A DNA stretch of 64,000 bases from an uncultured bacterium (GCA_964599375.1 CAZREW010000002.1:119846-183845), one strand, 5' to 3'; counted from the stretch's first letter, positions 19,069-28,851 are shown. Program-made: numbers and translations. The notes: a model not told the origin generated them from the sequence alone.

Positions 19069-21324
19069 TCAGGCCCTTTTAGCCGACACCTTCTTCATCA
19101 CGATCGCGGCCACCGTTATCATGGCGAGCACGAGCAGCACCACGACAGGCGCGGAGAAGAGCGGGACGGGCACAGGCTCGACCACGTGGATCGCCTGTAC
19201 GCACGTATCGTATACGGTGCCGGTCGCGGCATCCCATACGATGATCGTCAGGGTGTCCCAGGTACAGACCGACGCGGCGCCCGCGTCTACGATCCCGTAC
19301 ACATCCTTGCACGCTCCGCCCGCTACGCCGCCGGCCATCCCTGTCTGATCCAGCGCGGCGCCTACGTGGCCCTTGCTGGTGATCAGGTAGTCGTAATCGG
19401 TAGGCGGCGCGCAGGCGTCGCCGTTGCAGACCGAGAACGGGATGTAGGCCGCGGTCTGGCCCTGCTCGACGTAGTACAGGGTATCCTGGAGCACGTAGAG
19501 CGAAGGAGGAGACACTACGACCTCGAAGTCCTGCGTGATCGTGCTGTAGTAGTACACCGGGCCGGTGAGGACGTTGGGATCCTCACAGTCGCCGCAGTCG
19601 GGCGCGCAGACCCCGTTGACGTCACAGTACGCCATCTGGACCGTGAGAGTGTTGGTCTGCCCCACCGTCGCGTCGCACGGCACCGTGATGCACACGTCGA
19701 GCTCGTAGTACCACACGCCGACATTGTCATTGAGGATATGGCATCCGGGGGCCGAGTTAGTCACTGGCCATCCGATCGCATCGTCGGCGGTGACACAGAA
19801 GGTGTCGAGGGCGGCGGTCATGTCCTCGCCATAATTCCCGCACGTCGCGGAAGCCCAGTACATGTTGGCCGCGTAGAGATGGTCGCACCAGCTCTCGCCC
19901 TTCACTAAGTCGATCGTGCCCCCGGGAAAATTGAAGTAGAATCCGGGGTCGCCCTCTTTCGAGCAGGTTCCAGCGACGATCTCGGGGCCTATAGTGGCGC
20001 GAAGGCCTATGTCTCCGTAGTTGTAGTTGCCCGCGTCGAGTGCGGCGAATGACGCGCCGGTGTTGCTGATATAGCTCTTGTTCGTCTCCATCGGGCCCGA
20101 GTCGTCATACGGGATCGGGTAGCCGTATGACCCCGTGTTCAGGTCCGCACGTATGTAGATCGGATCTCCCGCGGAGACCGCGAGAGGCACCGGAAGGTCT
20201 ATCGTGTAGTAACCAGCCTCGTTCACGGTCCCCGTGAACGGGCCGGCGAGAAGCGATGTGGGCGCGGTCGATCCGTTGAAGGCGTCCCAGAGCGAGATAG
20301 CGTAGGTCGTAGGCCCCGCGGTCGCCCAGAAGTGGAGCGAGTGGACGAACTCGTCTGCGGCCTGAGGGATGATCTCCACTACGGCGTAGTCATGCCCGTC
20401 CCCGTACCCTACTGAGGACCACCATCCCCAGTCGTCGTAATAATAGACGGTCATGTTCGGGTCGTACTCCTTGAACCCTGTGATAACGTTCGAGTTGGAA
20501 CCTATACTGGCACTTCCATAAGTTATGTAGAAGTAGCCGTTGTCCCCCCAGGAAGTCCCCCAGGAATTCTTCACTATCCATCCGCCGACGCCTGAACCAC
20601 AGAGGTCGTCGTCCCAGCCGACGATCAGCACGGCGTGGTTGGTGCTCTCCGTGCCTGAATAGGTCATGCATCCGGTCCCGTTGTACGTGCCGAATCCAGA
20701 GAAGGAGGCATACATCGAGGTGTAGACCGGGCCGTACGTCTGGATGGCCGCCTTGATCGCGTCTACGTCGTTGGGGATGACCTTCCACTCGGTGACCTGC
20801 TTGAGGTACGAGCAGGCGGGATTGATGCACGTCGGCGTGGGGCATCCACCGGGGTAAGGGTTGCATGATTCGTCTACAGAGCCGAGCAGCGTGAGATAAT
20901 TAGTCGACATCCATGCGTTGCCGCCCGCGTTGCAGTTGCTGGAGGTCACGTTGCAGGCCTGGATGTTGAGCTCAGAGTAGTCGTAGACGACGCTCTCGCC
21001 GAGCAGGACCTTCGATTCAAGGTCTCCGAGCGCCGCGAAAGCCCAGCATGCCCCGAATGGGTTCTGGTTCTTGACCGGCGTCACGCCGCTCATCGTCCGC
21101 CAGTCCCACGACGCGGCCGGCGCCATCAGCATTCCGCGCCCATCCTGGAAGGGCCGGATCTGGCTCAGGTCCATCGGAGGCTCGACATAACCGAACTCGG
21201 TCGGTCCTGACGGGAATGTCACGTATTTCTTCGGTGCGGCCGTCGGTCGCTGCGCGAAAGCCTCCGACGAGACGGCCGCGATGAAAGTCACGGCGAGGAT
21301 CAGCAGAAGTAATCTCGTTCTCAT
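19069..21324 (-). CDS. secreted papain-family (C1A) cysteine protease with Cys-rich C-terminal extension and C-terminal membrane anchor
   Basis: 751 aa; signal peptide; catalytic motifs QNPFGACWAF (Cys), NHAVLIVGW (His), WIVKNSWGTSWGDNGYFYI (Asn/Trp). About 400-aa Cys-rich extension. C-terminus VEPVPVPLFSAPVVVLLVLAMITVAAIVMKKVSAKRA (hydrophobic helix + basic tail). Confidence 0.85.
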   Translation of the reverse strand: MRTRLLLLILAVTFIAAVSSEAFAQRPTAAPKKYVTFPSGPTEFGYVEPPMDLSQIRPFQDGRGMLMAPAASWDWRTMSGVTPVKNQNPFGACWAFAALGDLESKVLLGESVVYDYSELNIQACNVTSSNCNAGGNAWMSTNYLTLLGSVDESCNPYPGGCPTPTCINPACSYLKQVTEWKVIPNDVDAIKAAIQTYGPVYTSMYASFSGFGTYNGTGCMTYSGTESTNHAVLIVGWDDDLCGSGVGGWIVKNSWGTSWGDNGYFYITYGSASIGSNSNVITGFKEYDPNMTVYYYDDWGWWSSVGYGDGHDYAVVEIIPQAADEFVHSLHFWATAGPTTYAISLWDAFNGSTAPTSLLAGPFTGTVNEAGYYTIDLPVPLAVSAGDPIYIRADLNTGSYGYPIPYDDSGPMETNKSYISNTGASFAALDAGNYNYGDIGLRATIGPEIVAGTCSKEGDPGFYFNFPGGTIDLVKGESWCDHLYAANMYWASATCGNYGEDMTAALDTFCVTADDAIGWPVTNSAPGCHILNDNVGVWYYELDVCITVPCDATVGQTNTLTVQMAYCDVNGVCAPDCGDCEDPNVLTGPVYYYSTITQDFEVVVSPPSLYVLQDTLYYVEQGQTAAYIPFSVCNGDACAPPTDYDYLITSKGHVGAALDQTGMAGGVAGGACKDVYGIVDAGAASVCTWDTLTIIVWDAATGTVYDTCVQAIHVVEPVPVPLFSAPVVVLLVLAMITVAAIVMKKVSAKRA

Positions 21325-21631
21325 CCTTCGATCTCCCTATCCATTGTTCTTACCTATTGATATAGCCGCCTCACCGGCGGCTTCGAGGCATCCTCAGCCT
21401 GCCCGCCTCACCTCCTTTACGGGCATCGCTGACTCTGGTTCTTTAGCCCGACCCCATCGATCAATCGCTGACAGGGCTGTATTTTATCAAATATCTCACC
21501 ATATTTCAACGATTTATGTGATCAGAGGATCCGGGCGCCCCGGTCAGCGGCGCCTTTTTCCGCTGGAACGGGCCCGCCGGATGGAGTATCCTTCTGTTCC
21601 TTAGCAAGAAACATACAACAGGGAGGGGTAG

Positions 21632-23260
21632 ATGACATCCTCGGGGCGCCTTTTAACGGCCCATGTGCGGGCCTGTCTTGCGATCATGATATCCGTCTCG
21701 GCGGCGGCCCATATAGCCTGGCCAGCCCGTGCGGAATCGGTCTTCGGCAGCAGCTACCCTTCGGCGAGGATCTACGCCCTCGGCAGGGATTTCGCCGGAG
21801 TGATCCCGGACGCTCTGACCGACCTGGCGCTCAATCCCGCCCGAGCTTATGAGACGGGCTCGCTGACCTTCGACTACGGCTACAGGTCCGGGGGAGGCCA
21901 GTCTCTTCCATTTCCGCTTGCCGGCGGGGGCCTCGACCTGGAGTTCATCTCGCTGACCAACCCGAACACGAACGCGATCAGGGTACTCGGCCTTAAGGCC
22001 TTGGGGCTCAGATGGGCCGTCGACACAGAGTGGACCGTGCACCACGGAGACGAGTGCGACCAGGGGGGCGGCGTCCCGATCGAGCGCGACTACAGCGGAA
22101 ACCTGGACATCGTGCCGCGTGAATCCTGCACGTTAAGCGACAATAATTTCCTGCGCCTCGATATCGCCTGCGCCGGAAAGGCCGGAGGCGGGATGACGAT
22201 CGGGTTGAGGGCCGGGGGCACCTACGGCTGCTATGATTACAGGTCCCGCTACAGATCGATCCGGGATGAATACAATTTCGATCCCGATTCGGGGGAGTAC
22301 ATCCACTACCGCGACTATTCCTCAGACCAGCTTGCCAGCAGGACGAGGAAGCTCTACACGGGATACATCCAGGCTGGGGCAGCTTGGGATGATTCTGGAG
22401 AGCTCGCGGTCCGTGGAGGATATGCCCGGGGCAATTCGCTTACGGACGAGTACAACCTGATGATCGACAGCAGGTATGACAGATATTCCCAGGAGATCGA
22501 CGCTTATTCCTACAGGTTATCGGAGTTCCGCGAGGACCGCCAGGGAGACACGTGGCAGTTCTCCGCGTTCGCCAGGAAAAGTTACCAGGGCGGGATAGTC
22601 ATCGTCACGGCGGGGGGGTACGAGAGAGGCAGCTACGATTCTGACTGGCGCGACACATATACACAGTACGAATGGGGCAGTTTCGACGAACTGCAGATCA
22701 ACGATATCTCCTGGTATCCGGGAGAAGGCCTGCGGTCGAGGTCGGAAGCCGTGTTCAGGATGGGCAAGACCTTCGCGATAGAGCCCAGGCTTGATATGAC
22801 GACGGGCGCCCATGTCAACTACTGGAGGGAAAGATTCGACGAGAACGGCGAAGCGGGCATCGATTCATATGTGAGGGAAGACGGCAACACTGTCTCTTAC
22901 GAGGCCCGGTTCCCGCTTTCGTTCGAGCGCACCGACTCGCGCACGGAGCTCGTGCTCCCGCTGGCGATCGAGTTCAGGCCCGTCTCTTTTTTCAGCCTCT
23001 ACTCAGGGTTCGGGATGACCTTCACATGGAACCGCAGCGCTCAAAGGAATACCTTCCTCCTGGACTATGGCCAGGGGGACGACCCGCTCATCCCGGAAGA
23101 GGTGGAGACGGAGAACAACCATTTCGACAGCAACTACTACGCGTCGCTCGGATTCTCGTTGAGGTACAGGGAAAAACTCTTTCTCGACATGTACACGGGG
23201 AGCGTCATCGTCCCGACCAGCATCACGAACTATTTCATCGACCTGAGATATGTCTTCTGA
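21632..23260 (+). CDS. hypothetical secreted protein, putative outer-membrane beta-barrel
   Basis: 542 aa; signal peptide; Tyr/Gly/Asp/Ser/Arg-rich; C-terminal ...YFIDLRYVF ends in Phe like OMP beta-signals. Divergent from the protease gene. Confidence 0.6.
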   Translation: MTSSGRLLTAHVRACLAIMISVSAAAHIAWPARAESVFGSSYPSARIYALGRDFAGVIPDALTDLALNPARAYETGSLTFDYGYRSGGGQSLPFPLAGGGLDLEFISLTNPNTNAIRVLGLKALGLRWAVDTEWTVHHGDECDQGGGVPIERDYSGNLDIVPRESCTLSDNNFLRLDIACAGKAGGGMTIGLRAGGTYGCYDYRSRYRSIRDEYNFDPDSGEYIHYRDYSSDQLASRTRKLYTGYIQAGAAWDDSGELAVRGGYARGNSLTDEYNLMIDSRYDRYSQEIDAYSYRLSEFREDRQGDTWQFSAFARKSYQGGIVIVTAGGYERGSYDSDWRDTYTQYEWGSFDELQINDISWYPGEGLRSRSEAVFRMGKTFAIEPRLDMTTGAHVNYWRERFDENGEAGIDSYVREDGNTVSYEARFPLSFERTDSRTELVLPLAIEFRPVSFFSLYSGFGMTFTWNRSAQRNTFLLDYGQGDDPLIPEEVETENNHFDSNYYASLGFSLRYREKLFLDMYTGSVIVPTSITNYFIDLRYVF

Positions 23261-23279
23261 CGCCTCCCGGCGGACCTGG

Positions 23280-25721
23280 CTACTGCGCCGCTTCAGACTG
23301 CTTCATAGCGACGATGCAGGCGAGCCCTATCGACGCGAGCTTAGAGCGCGCCGAATCGCCGCGTGAGGTCAGCACGATCGGCACTCCCGCTCCCATGATG
23401 ACGCCGGCGAGGTAGGCGCCGGACGATACCGTCAGTGACTTGTACACGACGTTCCCCGCCTCGATATCGGGCATCAGCAGGATGTCGGCGTTTCCCCTTA
23501 TCCGGCCGGTGTAGTGCTTCTCCCTGGCCGAGTGCGGGTCCATCGCGACATCGAGCGACAGGGGCCCCTCCACTATCACATCTTTCCTGTCGGCGTAGAC
23601 TGACGCGAACTCGTGGGCCTCTGTCGAGGATTCCACGCTCGGCGTCACAGTCTCCACGGCGGAGATCACGGCGACCCTCGGAGTCTCGATATTGAGATAG
23701 CCGCATACGGTAAGGGCGTTCGCGAGTATCTTGTGCCTCATCTCGCTCGACGGGTTGGGGATCAGGGCGGCGTCGGTGACCGCGAGGAGCTTCGGGTAGG
23801 TGGGGATCTGAAAGAAACCAACGTGGCTGTAGATGGCCCCCTTTTTGATCCTGCCGCTGTGCTTGAGGTACTTCAGCGTCCCTCCCATGATCTCGGCCGT
23901 CTTGACGCTCCCCTTCATCAGGAAATCCGCCTCACCGGAGTCGAGGAGCTCGACAGCTCTGGCCACCGGGTCGTCCGAATCGACTATCGTATAGTTGTCC
24001 CCGTCGACCTTGATGTCGTATTCCCAGGCGAGCTTGTTGACCTCGTAATAGTCGCCGACCAGCAGGAACTTCGCGATCGGGAAGCGTCCCTCCTCGTTCG
24101 CCTGCTTGGCCGCTACGAGAGCGTCCTCGTTCCCGGCGCCGACTATCGCTATCCTCGGTGCCGTTTTCTTCGCGACCATCGCGCGGGCGACGTACAGCAG
24201 CTCGTCGAGGCTGGTCACAGGCACGTTCTCGCGGCGGCGCAGGTGCGGATGGGCGAATATCTCGGTCGAAAGGAGCTCCTTCTCCTCGAGCCTGATCTTC
24301 CTGAGGCTGTCCCTTTCAGTGACGTAGTCCTTCATCATGCCGGGGGTGTGCACGGAGCGGTAATGCCCCGCGACCATCGCCTCGTGCTCTATAGAGCCTG
24401 GTATTATCACGACCGGGAAATACGGGAAGATCTTGCGCTTGACCCGGCCCGTGAACTCACCGCTCCTCGAGAGGCCGCCGGTCAGGATCACGAGGTCGAT
24501 CGCGCCCTCTACGGCGGCGAGATTCATGATCGCCCCGGCGATGGAGGTCGCCATGAAATCGATTACGTGCTCTATCTTCTCACGCTGCCGCCCTACCGCT
24601 CCTGAGTCGCGGAAATGCAGGAGCGCCCTGAAATCGTTCGTCCCGGTGAGGTCGATCAGCCCCCCCGTCTTGTAAAGATAGCTGCGAAGCTCCGAGAGGC
24701 TGATCCTGTTCTCCTCTATGGCCTGGAAGATGATATCGAGGGTCATGCTGCCGGAGCGGTTCGCGCTGGGGACGCCGGCGAATGCGTTCACCAGGTCATC
24801 GACCTTTCCGCCGCTGTGCCGCACGATGGATACGCCTCCTCCAAGGTGGGCACCGATCGTTATGAGCTCGTCGCGCCTTTTGCCTAGCACGGCGGACGCG
24901 AGGTCATGCACTGCGTTCTGGTTGAGGTAGTGCGCGCCGGAACCGTCCCTGAGCAGCTTCTGGATCCCGGTCAGCCTCGCCCTGGTCATCATCTCGTCAC
25001 TGGCGACCGGGTCGGTCATCGTGACCACGATCTCCCGTCCGCCCGAGAGTTTCTCTCGCAGCGAGAGCCCTATTGGAATGGCCAGGTTGGAGGCATGCTC
25101 GATCCTCGGCTCAGCGAGGTCGTCGACCATCTCAGTTACTACTTCGTAAGTGCCCGACGGGATGGGCCCGACAAAACCTCCCCTGCATGCGATCCCGGTG
25201 AGCTCGCCCTGCTTGAGCCCTGTCTTCTCGAGCCAGTGCGCAATAGCGCCGGCCCTGCTCTCGACTCCATCCTTGAAATCGGGGGGCAGGTGGACCTCTT
25301 CAGAGGCCCGCAGGCTCAGACCGTTGTAGAGCGCGACCTTCGTGGATGTCGAGCCGGGATTGATACAGAGCACCGTCTCGCCCGAGACATCCGGTATCTT
25401 CTCATCGCCGTAGAGGAGCGATATCACAAGGCCCGGCCCGTCCTCAGATGCGAGCGTGTATTCCACCAGAAGTGAGAAGAGGTTCCCCCATGCCTCCTCC
25501 CAGGCCCTCGATAGAACAGGGGGCTTTGCCAGGCGGATCACCCTGTACATCAGCTCGCGCAGGTCCCTGTCGCTCCGTATGCGGCTGTAGTGAACCGTCT
25601 CTGAGGCCTCGAATACCTTCTTCGTGATCTCCTCGGGCCCGTTCGCCTCGTTTATCGCGTCTATGAGCGACCCGAGCTCCGCCTCTACTATGTTGAGATA
25701 ACGTTCGTACATCCTCTCCAT
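23280..25721 (-). CDS. fused butyrate kinase - phosphate butyryltransferase (N-terminal ~115-aa unknown domain + Buk + Ptb)
   Basis: 813 aa; acetate/butyrate kinase signature VLCINPGSTSTKVALY near residue 120 and kinase body to about residue 470. C-terminal ~300 aa match the PTA_PTB family (FLMKGSV, AVISAVE..., LLMPDIEAGNVVYK). Confidence 0.85.
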   Translation of the reverse strand: MERMYERYLNIVEAELGSLIDAINEANGPEEITKKVFEASETVHYSRIRSDRDLRELMYRVIRLAKPPVLSRAWEEAWGNLFSLLVEYTLASEDGPGLVISLLYGDEKIPDVSGETVLCINPGSTSTKVALYNGLSLRASEEVHLPPDFKDGVESRAGAIAHWLEKTGLKQGELTGIACRGGFVGPIPSGTYEVVTEMVDDLAEPRIEHASNLAIPIGLSLREKLSGGREIVVTMTDPVASDEMMTRARLTGIQKLLRDGSGAHYLNQNAVHDLASAVLGKRRDELITIGAHLGGGVSIVRHSGGKVDDLVNAFAGVPSANRSGSMTLDIIFQAIEENRISLSELRSYLYKTGGLIDLTGTNDFRALLHFRDSGAVGRQREKIEHVIDFMATSIAGAIMNLAAVEGAIDLVILTGGLSRSGEFTGRVKRKIFPYFPVVIIPGSIEHEAMVAGHYRSVHTPGMMKDYVTERDSLRKIRLEEKELLSTEIFAHPHLRRRENVPVTSLDELLYVARAMVAKKTAPRIAIVGAGNEDALVAAKQANEEGRFPIAKFLLVGDYYEVNKLAWEYDIKVDGDNYTIVDSDDPVARAVELLDSGEADFLMKGSVKTAEIMGGTLKYLKHSGRIKKGAIYSHVGFFQIPTYPKLLAVTDAALIPNPSSEMRHKILANALTVCGYLNIETPRVAVISAVETVTPSVESSTEAHEFASVYADRKDVIVEGPLSLDVAMDPHSAREKHYTGRIRGNADILLMPDIEAGNVVYKSLTVSSGAYLAGVIMGAGVPIVLTSRGDSARSKLASIGLACIVAMKQSEAAQ

Positions 25722-25840
25722 CCCTGAAAGACCCCGGACTCGCCGTATGCGCGGCCGCGCGCTACGGGAACAGTAAAGTTATTAAACGGATGGCGCGCTT
25801 TCAATTACTTTCGGCCCTGGACATGATATTTTACCGTGAT

Positions 25841-26989
25841 CTATGCCAGGGCGGGCCGGATCTCTTCCCGATACCACCTTATGAGCTGCTCTGACCGTTC
25901 CATGATCCTTTCGCGTGCCTTCCCCGTCGTGTATACATGCATGTCCCTGAGGTCGGAACCGATGATCGAGGGGTCGCCGAGAAGGACACCACCCAGCGCT
26001 CCCCCGTACCCGTGGCTGATATCCCTGCCGGCCAACTCGGCAAACAGCAGGGTCCAGCCGCGCACGGTGTATTCCATGTTGTACCCGCCGCCTCCGAGAG
26101 CGGCGATCCTCGGAAAGCGGGAGCGCAGCATACCCACAGCGTCGATGTAACCGTTGTTCGTCATCTTCAGGTGAGTCAGCGGATCGGTGGCGAAGGTGTC
26201 TGTGCCGAACGTCCCCACGACGACATCCGGTTTGAAGAGACTCAGCGCGTCCATCACTATCTCCGAAAAAAGTAATATGAACGCGTTGTCGTCGGTCTCC
26301 GGCTCGAGAGGGACGTTGATGTTGTACCCCTTCCCGTCGCCCTCTCCGGTCTCCTTCTCCGATCCCCCCCACGGGAATAGCGTCCTTCCCGATTCATGGA
26401 CGGAGACCGTCAGGACGGACGGGTCGCTGTAGAAGGCCTCCTGCACCCCGTCGCCGTGGTGAGCGTCTATATCCACGTATGCTACCCTGATGCCCTTCTT
26501 CCTGAGATCGAGGATAGCGATGACCGCGTCGTTCACATAGCAGAAGCCGGATGCCCTGTCTCTGTGAGCATGATGGAAGCCTCCACACGGGTTGAATGCC
26601 GATCCGCCCGCCGCCGCGGCCCTCGCCGCGCGCACACTCGCCGTTGCGGCGAGCCTGGAATATGTATAGACCCCCCTGAAAATGGGATTCTCCGCCGTGC
26701 CGAGACCGTGATGGAGCATCTCGATATCCACCTCGCGCCCGCTCTCGGCCCTCTCGAGCAGGGCGATATACTCGGGCGCGTGAAAGGTCTCGAGGAGCCC
26801 CTCTTCCGGCTCGCTGAAAATGTCTGAGCGCACTCCCTCACCTGTAAGCAGCCCCCGCTCCCCGCACATCTCATAGGCGAGTCTAGCACGCGCCGGTTTG
26901 AACGGATGATCTGGTGAGAGCTCGAACCCGGCAAGCTCCGGCGAGTAGACGAAGACCGCGTCGCTGTCCCTTCCTGACCCGCCGCTCAT
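25841..26989 (-). CDS. histone-deacetylase-family deacylase (AcuC / class I HDAC-like)
   Basis: 382 aa; HDAC catalytic pattern GFCYVNDAVIAI, VDIDAHHGDGVQEAF, ALGGGGY. Confidence 0.85.
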   Translation of the reverse strand: MSGGSGRDSDAVFVYSPELAGFELSPDHPFKPARARLAYEMCGERGLLTGEGVRSDIFSEPEEGLLETFHAPEYIALLERAESGREVDIEMLHHGLGTAENPIFRGVYTYSRLAATASVRAARAAAAGGSAFNPCGGFHHAHRDRASGFCYVNDAVIAILDLRKKGIRVAYVDIDAHHGDGVQEAFYSDPSVLTVSVHESGRTLFPWGGSEKETGEGDGKGYNINVPLEPETDDNAFILLFSEIVMDALSLFKPDVVVGTFGTDTFATDPLTHLKMTNNGYIDAVGMLRSRFPRIAALGGGGYNMEYTVRGWTLLFAELAGRDISHGYGGALGGVLLGDPSIIGSDLRDMHVYTTGKARERIMERSEQLIRWYREEIRPALA

Positions 26990-28851
26990 TTCTTCACCCC
27001 GTCGGAGAACTTTATCTCGAGGTAGTAAGCCCCCTCGTCGAGCTTCGTCCTCACGGGAAATCTGCTCTTGTGGAAGACGTACATCATCTTCTTGTTCTGC
27101 GAGAGGACCTCCGCCTTGAAACCGCTTATCCCCCGCTTCAGCGCGATGTCGGTGAGCTTGTTGAAGAGGAAGGTCCCGATCCCCCTCTGCTGCCAGTCGT
27201 CGCGGACGAGGAAGGCTATCTCGGCCATGTTGTCGGCGGGGTCTGTCTTGTACCGCCCTATGGCGATCATCTCCTCCTCCCCCGGCCCGCCGATGAACCC
27301 GGCGATCGCCATCTCGCCGCGGTAGTCTATGTTGACGAGCGGCTGGAGCTTCTCGTGAGGCATCGATTTGACGATGTTGAAGAACCTGTAGTAGACCGAT
27401 TCGTCGCTGAGGCTGTAGAAGAACTCCCGCTCGAGGTCCTCGTCGGACGGCTTGATCGGCCTGAAGAATACCTCGACGTCGCCGAAGTGGGCCGTCTCCT
27501 CGTACTCTTCCGGATAGTATTTCCCGGAGGTCATCGGCATCTGGTCCATGTGCACGAGGTTCCGCTGCTTCGCGTAATCGATCAGGTCATTCCTGAAATC
27601 GGGATGCGCGATGTCGATAAGCGCGAGCGCCCTCTCGCGAAGGTTCCTTCCATGCAGGTCGACGATGCCGTATTCGGTAGCGATGTAGTGCACGTCGCCG
27701 CGTGAGGTGACTACGCCCGCGCCCTGGTCGAGGAACGGGACTATTCGCGACACCTTTCCTCCCTTAGCCGTCGACGGGAGGACGATGACCGGCTTGCCTC
27801 CCTTCGAGCGGGCGGCGCCGCGGACGAAATCGACCTGCCCGCCGATGCCGGAGTAGAAGTACTCGCCTATCGAGTCGGCGCATACCTGGCCGGTAAGGTC
27901 GACCTGGATGGCCGCGTTGATCGATATCATGCTGTCGTTCTTCGCTATCACGAAGGGATCGTTCGTATAGTCGCACGGGTGGAACTCGATCAGCGGGTTG
28001 TCGTTTATGAAATCGTAGAGCCTCTGCGTGCCCATGCAGAATGTGGCGATGATCTTGCCGTTGTGGAGGGTCTTGCGGCTGTTCGTGATGACCCCCGATT
28101 CGACCAGGTCGATTATGCCGTCGGAGAACATCTCCGTGTGGATCCCGAGGTCGTTCTTGTCGGTCAGGTACGAGAGGATCGCGTTCGGTATCATCCCTAT
28201 CCCGGCCTGTATGGTGGCTCCGTCCCCTATCAACCTGGCCACGTTCTGCCCTATCCTCATCGCCACCTCGTCAGGCTCCGGGGGCGACCATGTGAGAAGA
28301 GGCACATCACTCTCGACGATGTAGTCTATGTCCTTCAGATGCACGAAGCTGTCGCCCAGCGTGCGGGGCATCTGTCTGTTGACCTCGGCTATCACAAGCT
28401 TGGCCGCCTCAGTCCCCGCCTTTACGACGTCGACCGACACTCCCAGCGAGCAGTACCCGTACCTGTCGGGAGGAGCCACCTGGATAAACGCGACGTCTAT
28501 TTTGAGCTGTCCGCTTCTGATGTGGTCAGGCAGCTCGGAGAGGAATATCGGCGTGTACTCGGCGCGTCCCTCGTTGACGGCGTCCCGGACGTTCTGCCCT
28601 ATAAAGAACGCGTTCTGCTTGAATGGCCGGCTCATCACCGACTCGGTATAGGGGGTCGTGCCGAGCTCTATCAGATTGATCGTCTCGTGATCGGCTATGA
28701 ACCTTCCCTTCTCGATCAGCATCTTTATCAGGAGCTGCGGCTCTGCCGCCCCCGAGCCGATGAAGATCCGGCTCCCCGCCTTGATCAGTTTTACGATATC
28801 GTCGATATCTCGCCGCTTCTTCCCGTACATCTTCTCCATAGGGCCGCTCAT
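26986..28851 (-). CDS. acetyl-CoA hydrolase/transferase-family acyl-CoA transferase (4-hydroxybutyrate/butyryl-CoA:acetate CoA-transferase-like) fused to C-terminal GNAT acetyltransferase
   Basis: 621 aa; first ~440 aa match the AcetylCoA_hydro N/C domains; last ~170 aa carry a GNAT fold (AFLVRDDWQQRGIGTFLFNKL acetyl-CoA-binding motif). 4-nt overlap with the downstream deacylase gene. Confidence 0.85.
   Translation of the reverse strand: MSGPMEKMYGKKRRDIDDIVKLIKAGSRIFIGSGAAEPQLLIKMLIEKGRFIADHETINLIELGTTPYTESVMSRPFKQNAFFIGQNVRDAVNEGRAEYTPIFLSELPDHIRSGQLKIDVAFIQVAPPDRYGYCSLGVSVDVVKAGTEAAKLVIAEVNRQMPRTLGDSFVHLKDIDYIVESDVPLLTWSPPEPDEVAMRIGQNVARLIGDGATIQAGIGMIPNAILSYLTDKNDLGIHTEMFSDGIIDLVESGVITNSRKTLHNGKIIATFCMGTQRLYDFINDNPLIEFHPCDYTNDPFVIAKNDSMISINAAIQVDLTGQVCADSIGEYFYSGIGGQVDFVRGAARSKGGKPVIVLPSTAKGGKVSRIVPFLDQGAGVVTSRGDVHYIATEYGIVDLHGRNLRERALALIDIAHPDFRNDLIDYAKQRNLVHMDQMPMTSGKYYPEEYEETAHFGDVEVFFRPIKPSDEDLEREFFYSLSDESVYYRFFNIVKSMPHEKLQPLVNIDYRGEMAIAGFIGGPGEEEMIAIGRYKTDPADNMAEIAFLVRDDWQQRGIGTFLFNKLTDIALKRGISGFKAEVLSQNKKMMYVFHKSRFPVRTKLDEGAYYLEIKFSDGVKK

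Noticed and set aside
19186-19908. 240-aa + strand ORF, and similar long antisense ORFs at 23613-24605, 26914-27705, 27979-28884, 31265-32191, 32557-33726, 34663-35979, 37233-38231, 49386-50390, 55420-56163, 58417-59466
   Set aside because: All are mirror-strand ORFs inside genes with clear family assignments. Their biased composition and lack of domains mark them as GC-driven artefacts.
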